Source: Sphagnum compactum (Eukaryota). From it: a DNA stretch of 64,000 nucleotides. The translations under genes were made by a program, and so were the position numbers. The notes beneath the pieces were generated by a model. That model saw only the letters and a program-made list of their open reading frames with translations. It had not been told where the DNA came from and did no database searches. Positions 26,810 to 38,660 of this stretch are shown piece after piece. How positions within the stretch are numbered: the stretch's first letter is position 1; the number at the start of each line of letters is the position of its first letter. The stretch spans positions 35,082,213-35,146,212 of the forward strand of contig OZ234493.1 of assembly GCA_965153455.1 (NCBI GenBank). The letters run 5' to 3'.

Positions 26810-27538
26810 CCCTTAGGCAAGGTAGCTTAGAACGATTATTTTATGATATTTGGTGCTGTCATGGCATGTTTGCGGACTGGGATGGTTGCCTCCACTGGAA
26901 GCACCTCTCGCCATTGTATATTTCTAATGTTAATATGTGATGCGGTTGTCCCCGCTTTCCCCCTCTTTTGGGGTTTCATCTATGACTTTTTGCAAAGGCT
27001 ACATCCAAATGACATTTTTTCCTAGGACTCTTGTTATCTCGAAAATTTGGACGATCATATTTTCTTCAAATCAAACATGTTTGGGGCATGCAAAGACAAT
27101 GTTTTATAGCCTTCAAAAAGATCTTTTCAAAAATGTATTTCATGTTCCAATCAGTGATTTTTTGACCCCTATTCTAAGGGGTTTATGATCAGGAGTTAAA
27201 TTCCCAATTTGATTCCCAGCTTTTCTTTTGATCATGCATTTCAAATCTAAATGAACAATGAGAGGGAATTTTAAGCATTTACATTTCAAGACCTTTCCAA
27301 TGGTATCTTGGAGGCCCAATTTGGTGTTTGTTTTCCTTTTCAACCAAGGTTCTAAACATTCAGAACTCTTGCATGAATGCAACTCCCAAAATGGGAGTGC
27401 ATTTGAGAATCATTGGGCTCCATCTCTTGCACTATTTCTCATTTGTGAGAATGTCTTTCACATTCGAACACACACTTTTAGCCTCATAGGCCCTTGCATT
27501 CCACATTTAATCGCAAACCCAATGTTAGGGTTGCAACA
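26810..27538 (-). mobile_element. Decayed LTR fragment
   Basis: The minus strand starts TGTTGCAACCCTAAC, the same terminus type as the TGTCGCAACCCTAC end at 36825, with patchy internal similarity to that element. Left boundary approximate. Confidence 0.5.
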
Positions 27539-27539
27539 A

Positions 27540-28090
27540 GTGCCAAATAACACCAACAAACATAACAAAAAGGGCACCAACCAACACCAACAAACCACAT
27601 CAAGGAGGTGCCAACAAGCACCAATATAACACAATAAGGATGTATTGACAAACAACAAAGGGGCATTGAGGAGCACCAAGAGAGCACAACAAGGGGGCAC
27701 CACAAACGCCAACAAAATGTGGCAAGGGGGCACCAACAAGCACCAATAGAGCCCAACAAGGGAGCACTAACGAGCATCAACAAATCACAAAAAGGGGCGT
27801 TGATGAGCACCGACAGAATATAGCAAGGGTGCTAATGAACACTAATAGACCATAACAAAAAAACACCGATGAACACCAACAAAACACTAAAATGGAACGT
27901 CAACGAGCATCAACAAAGCACAACGAGCACATAAATGGACATCGATGAATAACAAAACACAAAAAGGGAACATCGATGAACAACAACAAAGCACAACAAG
28001 GGGACACCAAAGAACATTAACAAAACACAACAAGGAACAATGTAACAATGCAACAAGGAATGCAAGTAAAATCCAAACAATGAACATTAA
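27540..28090. repeat. Degenerate A/C-rich minisatellite-like tract
   Basis: Recurrent (GAG)CACCAACAAAGCACAACAAGGG-like units; strongly T-poor on the + strand. Confidence 0.7.
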
Positions 28091-28963
28091 TCAAGCAAAA
28101 AAATAAATTAACTTTAGATTTAAAATGCATTAAACATAATCTTATTTATAAAGAGAACAAGGAAAAAAAAAAGGAAAAGCAACACTTGTAACCTAAAACA
28201 CTAATTCTAAAAGAAAATTTTAACCCTCCCTACTATCTGTTACTAATTTATTAACTATTGACACCCTAACCTTATTATTTTTAATACCTTGACAAAATAT
28301 TTTAAAAATTAAATAAAAAGATTTCAAATGCGTGTTTTTCAACCAATGGGACCCTTTGAAGGGGTTTTTAAAAGGGTATCACCTTTTATGAAACCTTGAC
28401 GTATACGTCAAGGTGAAGACTAGCTTGAAACCTTGGCTAGTTCTCATTTTTTTTCTAAGAGCCACCCAACACTAGTCTAAATGTTGAGTAACACAACTTT
28501 CAAATACAATGTTACAGACAAATATATAACAAATTCATCAACCTTCAAGCACAATCTTACAAACAAAATTGGTGAAAAATTGTGTTCAACATGTAACCTA
28601 CTTCTTGGTCTTCATTCAATTTCTTCACATGGCTTCTTCGATGTTCAATGATGGCAATCTATCACTCACAACCTTATTGTCCCAAGCTTAGACCAAGAAT
28701 GCCTTATTTGAGAGAAAGACCGTTTTTAGGCTTGGATTAACCAAGGTTGTTGATCATAACCATAATTTAGTGGTCCATGACTCCATTTGACCCTTCCTTT
28801 TGTTGGGTTGCCATTTTTACCCCAATGTTAAATCGGCCATGGCTTGCATGCAACATGTAAGTATTACCATAGTTATTTGCCACACATTTTTCCATTGCAC
28901 CGAGGGACAAACTCTATGATGCTATTACACCATTTAAGTGCCCATTTATTGAAGTTTAGGGAG

Positions 28964-29293
28964 AAACCCTAAACCCTAAAACCCTAAACCCAACACAATT
29001 TAAGGTTCCCATTCTAACAATGCAATTAGCCGGATAGGCCTTTTTTTTCATCCCTATTCCTCTCATATTAGTGTATAATTTCTACACTAATCCTATAACC
29101 CTTGCCTTTTTGAACAGTTCCAGATCTTTCATCCACAACTAGGGTGTGGTCTTGAACGGCCCAGATCTTTCATCCACAATCAGGGCGCAATCACGGCCCA
29201 GATCTTCATCCACAGCTAGTGCACAGTCCTGAACGGTCCAGATCTTGTAAGCCTAGGGAGCGCCAAGACAAGGAAACAAAACCCTAATCAAGG
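28964..29293 (+). promoter_or_regulatory. Putative promoter/first leader exon with telo-boxes and site-II-containing repeats
   Basis: Tandem AAACCCT(A) at 28964-28991 and AAACCCTAA at 29279. Four ~40-bp repeats carry CCAGATCTT (29120, 29161, 29198, 29238), two of them with GGCCCA. A donor-like AGG|GTACGT lies at 29293/29294. The link to the B3 gene is inferred. Confidence 0.5.
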
Positions 29294-31334
29294 GTACGTT
29301 GAATCTACTTCCCGCTTCGCAGTTTTGGACGTATCTGTTTTGCTGGACAACGCTCTTGCGCTCGACGACAATGGGTTGTTACTATTTCGTTTTCTCTTCT
29401 GCGTTTCCAATTGCAGTTCGCGAAGAGTTGCAGTCGATTGAGCACACTGATCCCATCATGAGGTATGATTTTCGTTGTGTTAGTCTTTGTTAATTTTCTT
29501 CTTCTTCATAGCTTTTTCCGATGCTCTGTTTCTTTTGTCTGGAACTGCAGTTGCTGCACACACTGTTTTCTCCCCCGTTATAACAACGATGATTCTCAGC
29601 TCTTGTTTGTAGCATCCATGGACCGAACAAAAAAAAGGCTTGGTCGTATTGGAGGAGCTCATAGCTTCTTCTTCTTCTTCTTCGACTCTGCAAGCGTTTT
29701 GATGACGAGTTCCATAGGACTTGTTAGATTCCTCATATGTGTGGCACCTGAGCTTCAATTTTGGCCACCTGAGGTGAACAAAAATCAAAACTTTTCTTGC
29801 TTCTTCCGAGTGTTTTTCGGGGGGAAGTGCGTGAGACTAAGGCCTTGAGACCAGCTCGAAAGATCTGCCGGCTTCGACAATGAGACCAGTGTTTTTGTAT
29901 TATGGAATATAGCGCTTTCTCTAACATTTCATGATGATTGTGGAGAAATGTAGTAGGTCACGAAAGAATGGTTCGTTTAGTGGAAACGATTGTGAAGATG
30001 ATTGGGGATGGGACCCCAGCTTGGTGCTTCAAGATGCTTTTATTGTTCATAGATTCCAAGTGTTATGATTAAACTCAGCTGATTTCAAAAGCTAACTGTG
30101 TTTGTTAGTCCATAGTTGAGTTTGTTGTCAGGGTTTAGGGTTGCAAATCCTACAACCAAGCCACACATTATATGTCAGCCAAAGTTGTCAAGAGTAGAGG
30201 TCACTGTGTCCAGGAGTCATCCAAGCTGCCAGAAAATTTGAGTGCTTGGGTGATGATTCATGCAAGCTCGATGCTCTGGTTTTAGCTGCCTAGAAAGTCT
30301 CTAACCCCAACATGATGGCAGTAAGACTTATGACATAACTGTGCGTAAGAGACTCTCTGTGACACTTGAGTCTCCCATTTGTTGGCAGAGATGGTGGCAA
30401 TTTTCTTCTACTTCTTATCAATTTCAGTGCACACCAAGTGGCGAAAATTTTGCTGTAGGGTTAAGTGTACTTTGCCAACAGTAATCCAACTTGAATTGTT
30501 GTGGGAAGGGTTGTTTGAATGCAGGAATGTTGAGAACCCAAGATAGTCTCTGGGAAGCCTGTGAACAGAAGCACAGCAGTCTGTAGAGAAGGGGAGAGAG
30601 AGCCTCTTTGAAGGTGGTTGCCACTTTGGTAAGAATCCCTCTGCTGCTATTATTTAGTTCTTGAGTTTTAGGGGTCTCTGAAGAAGTGTGTTGTCAATTC
30701 TCTTGCCAACATACTTCAACTTAATCACACAGCAATTTTCAGCCTGCATTCATGTTGTCCATCATGCTTCAATTTCCATGTTTGCCTCAAGTGAGATATA
30801 GTGACAGAATTCTCCTTGGTTGCCATGTTCCATCACTGCCTGGCAAGTCAATGTGCTTCCTCAGTCCTACTCTTTGTTTTCCCGTAGTTCTCCCTGTATT
30901 TTAATTGTCCTATTATCTGATTATTTGTAATTTGCTTATAATGTGCAGTTTTGTGATGTTTCCTTCCAAATGTTCTCAATGCATCCTGGATCATTGTTTG
31001 CTTCATCAAAATGCAGGATCTCATATAGAGTGTGCTTGGTGCATTGTCCAGTTCTCAGTACTCTGATTTTGTAGGCTCATTTCTGCCAGACCCTTGAGAA
31101 AGACCTCTTTTACTTGTTCTGGGTAGATACCAACTTCATTCAAAATGTCATGCCTGAGATTTGAATTCTGTATATTTTCCTATTCAGGTTTCGATGTAGT
31201 ATTTGGGGGGGAGGAGTTTCCATTTGAGAACAATGCTAAGAGAGAGGAAGCAAAGGCTAGAGTAAAGAAAGGGCCCACCAACTGGCTGGTAGGAGGAACT
31301 CACTCTCATCTCCGAGACTTCAGTTGCAATTGAA

Positions 31335-32222
31335 ATGAAGCCAAATGGGAGCTCTTATGAGGATGTTCGCAAACAGCGCATGGAAGAAAATAAGCGGCGC
31401 ATGGAGGAACTTGGCCTTGCAGACCTTTCAAAGAGCTTATCAAAACCCAAAGTTTCAAGGCCATATAGAAAGCGGCCGACACTTGAGGAGCAGGGTCTGC
31501 AAAGGCGTCGTTCCTCACGTGTTGCTGCAATCCAAGAAGCCAAGGAAGAGGTAATGAATAGCAAAGATGAATCAGAGGAGGAGGCCTCTGACTCTGGAGA
31601 TTCAGATCCTGAAAGTCCTGTGGTACGGAAAAGTTACAGCTTTCGAAGTAACAGGAAGAGTCTGCCTTGGGGAGATTCTTCTAACAGAGCTAGCATTGAG
31701 GCAACCGAGGCTGCAGAGGATATTGAAAAAGAGTTGGAGAATCCCGGGTTTGTGATATCTATGCTGCAGTTAGATGTGTCCTCTGACTTCCTGAAATTTC
31801 CTGACAAGTTCTGCAAGGAGTATCTGCCTAGTGGTGATCACAAAGTCAAATTGATGCATGAAGAGAAGGAGTGGGAAACATTGTTTGTAGCTAACCTGAG
31901 AGGACTCAGTGAGGGTTGGATGGGCTTTGTACAAGACAAAAAGTTGGAGGCCGGAGATGCCTGTGTCTTTGAACTCATGGCCAAAGATGGATTTAAGATT
32001 CATATCGTACAAGCATCAGAGCAAGCATCTGCAAATACTGGTAAGAATGGGTCAGGTGATAATCCGAAGAAAGATAAGAAGGGGTCCAATGGAGAGCTGG
32101 CAATTGACTTGGAGACCTCTGAAGATGAGAATGTTGGGGATGCAACTGAAAGTGGGGATGAGTGGGTGCCTCGAAATACATCTGATGAAGATGATGACAA
32201 TGATGATACCTGGAAGCCATGA
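31335..32222 (+). CDS. B3-domain DNA-binding protein (REM-like, single B3), 295 aa, intron-free CDS
   Basis: N-terminal SYEDVRKQRMEENKRRMEELGL motif, a basic RRRSSRV segment, a B3 domain (PGFVISML...FPDKFCKEYLP...LSEGWMGFVQDKKLEAGDACVFEL..FKIHI) and an acidic tail. Acceptor-like sites at about 31074 and 31187 suggest 5' UTR introns. Confidence 0.9.
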   Translation: MKPNGSSYEDVRKQRMEENKRRMEELGLADLSKSLSKPKVSRPYRKRPTLEEQGLQRRRSSRVAAIQEAKEEVMNSKDESEEEASDSGDSDPESPVVRKSYSFRSNRKSLPWGDSSNRASIEATEAAEDIEKELENPGFVISMLQLDVSSDFLKFPDKFCKEYLPSGDHKVKLMHEEKEWETLFVANLRGLSEGWMGFVQDKKLEAGDACVFELMAKDGFKIHIVQASEQASANTGKNGSGDNPKKDKKGSNGELAIDLETSEDENVGDATESGDEWVPRNTSDEDDDNDDTWKP

Positions 32223-35189
32223 TTAATCATGGACTCTTTGTGGATTGCTGTGTTGGTAATCTACAAGGGGAGGCTAGTAAGTGAACCAAAGACTGCATGG
32301 CTTGAAGTGAACCAAGAAGCCCAATATATGTCTGCAAAGTGTTGAGTATACAACAGTGGGCAACAGATGAGACACGCTAATAGTAGTTCTCTCTTTGATG
32401 TAGTTAGTCTGGCACTGCAGATATTGTTAAGAGAAGCCTAGATCACTATGTGAAGCTCTTGTACATACTTGATCCCACAGCGGAGACTCACGAAGGATAA
32501 TTACATTCAAGGATCCTAGACTCCTAGCAAACCTGTTTCCACCGTATCAAGATATGCTCTTTTGATCCTGCAAGTCTCCACATCTTAAACTAGCAAAGAT
32601 GGGTCCATTGCATGTGTATTTGCTTGTTGTCACATTTGCTTCCTTCCATGCAGGTTTACAGAAGGTCAGGCAACTGGAGTAAGGGTTTTGTTATTCTATT
32701 TGAAGGAAGTTTTCTAAGTATTTTGAACTTATATTCTCCTATATTTAACTAACACATGCATACAAGAAATTTGCCCTTTGAGATTGGTAACCATTATTGA
32801 CTGTTTTTTCATTTCAGCATACTATATGATCCAAAATTCCATATTTTACCATTTTTTATTACAAACTTGATTTCAAAGTGTTGAATAAAATAGCTTAGGT
32901 ACTCCAATAATCCAAATCTTCCTTCTCTTCTAGAGTAATATGTATTATCCAATTTGGGTTCATAACCATTTGATGGAAAAGAAATGTTCCTTTCAAAAAC
33001 CTTTCCAAAATGATGAAGTCAATTTCAAAACAAGTATCATTAAATCACTTTGTTTTTTTCGACCTAAACGATTTCAAACAATGTTAAGAGAATCAATGAC
33101 ATAATTTTGTTCCTTTTTACCACCTTTTACAAATTAATGTACCCAATTTATTTTTCCAATATATCTTTTAAAACATTTCAACCCATAAACAACACATTCA
33201 TTGAAAATAGTATTTGATTGTCTTTTATATCATGCATATTGCATTATAATTTCTTTCCGTTACATTTTCAACATTCACCTTTTCAATTGCACACATCATT
33301 TGTTACAAAGTTTTTTTGGTTCAAATTTGTGATGTACTACAAGTTACAACCCACCTTAAGATGATTTAGCCAAATTTGGCCTTAAAAAAAAGGTAGAAAC
33401 ATTTACAACCACTCTATTTTTTGGTGACCTATTCAAACCTAATGTAAATTTTTGGCGATTCTAGCCCAAAAAATTCTAAGCTTAGTGATCAAAAACTTCT
33501 TTTTTTCGCTATTTTTTATTTTTTTAAATCACCAAGTTGCGAAATTTCACCACATTGAAAATGTTAATTTGTTATGCAATATAATTTGAAATTTATTTTT
33601 CTTGTCCAATATCAAAAAGTAGATGGGCATAACATTTTGAAAGACTACCATAGTTGTCACAAAGGTCTTAGGCTCATTGCATGATTCAATAATGCAATGA
33701 TATAAATAAATGTCCCCCAATTTGTTGAGGATGTTCAAAACAACCAAATTTTGTTTCACAAATTCCCAAATTTTTCAAGCATAATTGGTGGTAAAACTCA
33801 CCAATCTTAATGGAATGCAAAGAGTTAAAGCATGTTCCCTAATTCCTTATGATTCAACAAGAGTTTCAAAATAAGATGACGATTAACAAGTTGAGATCAC
33901 AACATCTTCAAGTTGGTGCATAAGATATTGGAAATCCATTCATGACTACAATTTTTTTATAAAAGGTCCAAAATACATAAAAGACTCACTCAAGATTATG
34001 GAGACAATTTGCAAATTCAACAACTAAATATTACATTGTCAAAAATAGTCCAACAAACTTGACTTTCCTAGTAAACCAACACAAGTGATGTTACTATCTT
34101 TTATGATCAGCTCTTAAAGAGCCTATTTAGGACCAAAAAATTGTACATATGCAAAGAACTTCTTGGCTACATGCAAATAAATTGGTTTGATAGCAAGCTC
34201 CAATTTATGGACATCCAAGAAGAGTCTACTATAGAGTGCATGAATTTCTATCTATATACATAGATTGTAAGGATCATATTAGTAATTATGCTACTAGTTA
34301 TTTCATCCAAAAGGTTACATAAATGTCATATGAAACATTTCATTTAGTTGACATGTTTAGGTTGTCATACCACTTGACACTCACTTGCTTGATTCGAATG
34401 GCAAAAGCACCAATTCTAGCAACATAAAACTTATGGCTACCTATACCCTCAACAATCTCACATCGCCTTGACATATCTTTGTAGTGTTTAAACTTTGAAC
34501 CAATCACGTTGATAAATCATGTATTGAATACATACAAAATCAACTATCCATGCATCTTTGTTTATGGAAGTTTTGACAGATGTTCCTACTATCCAAGCTT
34601 TGTAGCTTGTCATTTTTTGCCTATCATCATTCTTCTCTTCGTTTTAACTTTATCCTTAGGCTTGTGAGGACATTATTTCATTCATGTAGTTCAAGCATAA
34701 TGAAGTTTCTTTTAGTTTTTCGATCTCATCTTTGCATGCTTTATGTTATTCAAGCCTCAAGGTTGATTGATGTCCTTTAGAACTTTGGTGCTTGAAAAAT
34801 CAACATTCTTTGCCACAAAAGCTCTAGAACATTGTCCCGAGAAAGCAATTTGGTTTGACATTCTTCAATGAACAAACATGTTGTCATCGTGTCAAGATTC
34901 TTTGTTGGACCATCTAGTACATTGTTTTAGGATGACCAAAAATGGCTTTGTCTTTTTGGGAAATTGCAAATGATTTTAAGAATAACAATTGAATCATTAA
35001 GGTGTTGCTTAAGCCTCACAATTACACAAGGCCAAGACATGTCTTTCATGACTAAAACACTTTATGATTACATGTTCTAATTTAGTCATGTAGTCAAATC
35101 TCCTTAGTCATATACCTTAGTTAGTCATCATTGTGACTACATTGTGACCACATCATCATTACATGACTATAACTACAATGCAACTACAT

Positions 35190-35560
35190 GATTAACCTAC
35201 CTAGGTTAATAGCTTACCTGGGTATTACCTACTAAGTATTTACTACCTACTAGCTATCTAGTAGTACCTACATGAAGGTACTTACTAGCTACTAGCTATG
35301 TCTTAAGTACTTATTAAGTAGGTACTTACCTTAATTATTTACTAATTACTACCTCCCTTGTACCTAGGCCTACCTATTATTTACTACCTGAATAGTTATT
35401 AGATAGGTACCTATTAGTTATCAAATAGGTAATTATTTAGTAACATACCTACTACCTACCAAGGTACCTACTAGGTTACTAAATAAGTTACAAATTACTA
35501 GGTTGATACCTATGTAGGTTACAAGGTACTTAGCAAGAGTAGTTAGGCTACTGAAGTAAG
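35190..35560. repeat. Low-complexity TAGGTA/TACCTA tract inside a probable decayed TIR element (~35046-36010)
   Basis: Dense ACCTAC/GTAGGT words. The flanks CATGACTAA..ATGATTACATG..ATGTAGTCAAAT and an approximate reverse complement at 35953-36010 suggest eroded TIRs. Confidence 0.45.
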
Positions 35561-36084
35561 TTAGAAAAAAATATTTGTGATAATACATGGTGATTATTTT
35601 TATCATTAAAAAAATGTGGTGCAATGGTTAAGGACTTCATCCCTCAATGTGAAGGTGAAAGGTTCAAATCTTCACATTTGAAACCTAATCCTAGGCTAAG
35701 TTCATAGTCTAGGCTAGGTAACTAGGTTAATCTACATCCTTAGGTTGGCTATGGTGTACATTCTTAACATGTAGGCTAGGTTTTTAGGCTATGATACCCC
35801 ACATTTTGATACGTTACCTAACCTAAGCCAATAGGTAGCTTGGAGAGTATATTTTTGATGTCCTTCATGATTATAGATGCAAAACTCAATCACAAAAGAT
35901 ATCATCCTTTGTGACCATAATCACAAAAAACATGTCTTACTCGATGTGTTTTATTTGACTACATAATCATGTAATCATGGGTGTGTGAAATGACTACCAA
36001 CTTAGTCATGATTGGGGCTTTTGATGTTGTGCTAATTTATGCTCATTTCAATATTTCCATAATATTCTACAATATCTTTTCCAC

Positions 36085-36825
36085 CCTCCTAGCTCTTAGC
36101 ACTAAAAGTGGTAGAGGGGCCTGCTGAAGCTCCAGGATGGGACTAGGAAGAGTGACAAGCTTTAATTACTCACTCGAATCTGCATCAAACCAACTAACAA
36201 GTTGGTTAGTTCACTTTCTGGATCACCTTTAGTGTTAAGACAAGCCATGGGCAACTCTGGACTCACAAGACTCACCACGGCCCGGACTCGGGGGAAGCCA
36301 CACACCTTCCCCCATATAGTGTTCTCTGTGTCTTTCCGCGGAGCCTACATCCGAATGGCTTTTTGTCCCAGGACTCCCAAGGAGGAGTCCCAAAATTGTC
36401 CCGGTTTGGACTTTTGTAACTTTGCGAAGCTATAATTCTTTGCTCAAACCTCCAATTGGGACGAGGTCTCAAACAAAGTTGTAGTTCTCATCGAGAACTT
36501 TCCAATGGTGTGTTGCACTTTACCTACACGCACCAGGGTTGGGTCGATTCCCGACTTTTAGTGGTCGGGAGTCAAACTGCTAGTTTGACTCCCGGCCTTT
36601 CGTTTGGTCATAACTTGTGCTATAGATGTCCAAATGGCTTATGTGAGCCCATTTTTGACATCTACACTTCAATAGCTTTCCAATGATATAAAGAACTCTT
36701 CAATGCAAGGTGTTTTGACCCCTGCAATCGAACTCTAAAATTTTGGGAGTCCCGAAGGACTCCCAAGTCCCCATTTCGAGAGTGTGAGTCTCATCCTCAC
36801 ACTCTTTCCGAGTAGGGTTGCGACA
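36085..36825 (-). mobile_element. Truncated LTR of an LTR retrotransposon
   Basis: GC-richer island with a sharp end reading TGTCGCAACCCTACT on the minus strand, and repeated GGACTCCCA/TGGGAGTCC words. The other end is missing; no PBS, PPT or internal ORFs. It resembles a high-copy peat-moss LTR as recalled, not verified. Confidence 0.7.
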
Positions 36826-37429
36826 CTTCATATTGCATTTGTGAAAAGCTTTCTTGCAAATGGTGAATGTTGTTTATGGTTCTTTGCTCATGAATGTGAA
36901 TTATGAGTTTGTTCCAAAATGCTGCAAATGTTTCACATCACATCAAAATCTTTAATGGTCTTTGATCCATTGTTTGATTGTCATTTTTTCCCAACTAACA
37001 ATTTTTGTAATTTCCATTGTTATTACAATGACATCATTTCTTGCTATCAAGATTGGTTTGGCTTTCACCCTTGAAACACATCCATAAGTTCCTTTTCCCA
37101 AAAGTCCCAAAAGATTGTTCACATTTGATAATTCTCTTCACCATTAACTCTTTCAGCATTGCTTAGTTCCTTAGCAATTGGATCCATTATTGACTATTTC
37201 TTTCCAATGAAAATTTTGACACTTTGTTAGATTAACAACAAGAATCAAGGATATATATATATATAAGACTAAGATGCACAAATAAAGTCATTTTTTTGTT
37301 TTTGAAAACAACAAATAATAAAAATTATAAATTATTACTTAAATTTGTATTATCTTATGATGTAAAGATTAATGCAACCTTAAAATGTAAAACTCTTAGA
37401 AGGCATGTATGAGTATGGGCCCATAACGT

Positions 37430-37734
37430 TTTGCATCATAAACTTACCAATTTCATTGGTTCATTTGGAATTCACACAAAATCTGATATTTCATGGGTTC
37501 ATTTTTTTGCACATGGATGTTGTGTTTAAAATACACACGATGCAAGTATAAGTAGGATGAAAATATTTTCAAATGTTTGAAAATATATTTGAAAATATTT
37601 CATCTTACTTATACGTGTATCATATTTGTTTTAAATGCATGACATTCATGTGCAAAAAATATGAATTCGTGAAAGAACAATTTTTGCATGATTTCCATTA
37701 TCAAATCATGGGATGGGAAGTTTGTGATGCATAA
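37430..37734. repeat. ~305-bp imperfect palindrome (foldback MITE-like)
   Basis: Arms pair along the whole length, e.g. TGCATCATAAACTT / AAGTTTGTGATGCA, TTTTTTGCACATG / CATGTGCAAAAAA, GTATAAGTAGGATGAAAATATTTTCAAAT / ATTTGAAAATATTTCATCTTACTTATAC. Centre about 37580. Confidence 0.8.
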
Positions 37735-38439
37735 ATATTTCATCAAGAAAAAGGTTCATGCAAACATCTCAAATGGACTCAAATACAAGACATTAATTCA
37801 AGATTGTGGAGACTATCTACAAATTCAACAATTAATGTTACATTATCAAAAATAATCCAGCAAATTTGACAAGAAATCAACATGATGTTGCAATATTTTA
37901 TGATTAGCCCTAAATAGCCTATCTAGGAATAAATGTACATATATAGTAAACTTTTTGGCACCATGCAAAAAAATTAAAATGACAATAGACTCCAACTTAT
38001 GAATGTGCAAAAAGAGACCATAAAATGTGCATGACTTTTTAAGTATATATATAGATTGTAAGGATCATACTAATAATTACACTAATAGTTACTTTGTTTA
38101 GAAGATCTTGCACAAATGTCATCTCATTGAACAATCATTTTGTTTGTTAAGTAAGTGATTAACAAAATATCTTTCATATTAAGGGAAAGAAAATCACTTA
38201 CAATATTGAAAAGCAAATGACTATAACAAGGATGACAAATGAAATTGTTCTTGTGGAGTTCAATACGAAAGTATTTGAACATTGAAGTCCAAATATTTAT
38301 GCAAAATACGTGGTTTTTTGTTTTTTTCTTCAAATCTTGTAACTCATTCACTCACTACTTGGATTATATGGTGATTTTGGAAACATGCTCACACAAACCT
38401 TACATGTTACAAATAGAGTCGTGCAACCCATCAAATTCA

Positions 38440-38660
38440 AAGAGATCATGGTATTACTTTTGAAGACCTTTGAGAAGGCATTAGTTGAAGAACAAAAATT
38501 CAACAAGCATTAAAGATTAAAGGAGATCATGTTTTTACTTTTGAGGAGGCATTAATTAAGGAAAAAAAAGTTCAATAAGCTTAAAAGATTAAAGGAAATT
38601 GTGTTCTTACCTTTGAGGAGACATTGGTTGAAGAACAACATAATTTCAGTAAGCTTAAGG
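38440..38660. repeat. About three diverged ~71-bp tandem repeats
   Basis: TTTGAG(A/G)AG(G/A)CATT.GTTGAAGAACAA...AAGATTAAAGGA units start near 38468, 38538 and 38610. Confidence 0.75.

Noticed and set aside
27458-28087. Cys/Leu/Val-rich ORFs on the minus strand
   Set aside because: By-products of the A/C-rich degenerate repeat.
28964-28991. Telomere or interstitial telomeric array
   Set aside because: Only three to four imperfect units; better read as telo-boxes.
35612-35685. Functional tRNA gene
   Set aside because: Acceptor and anticodon stems could not be formed convincingly; only box-like motifs remain.
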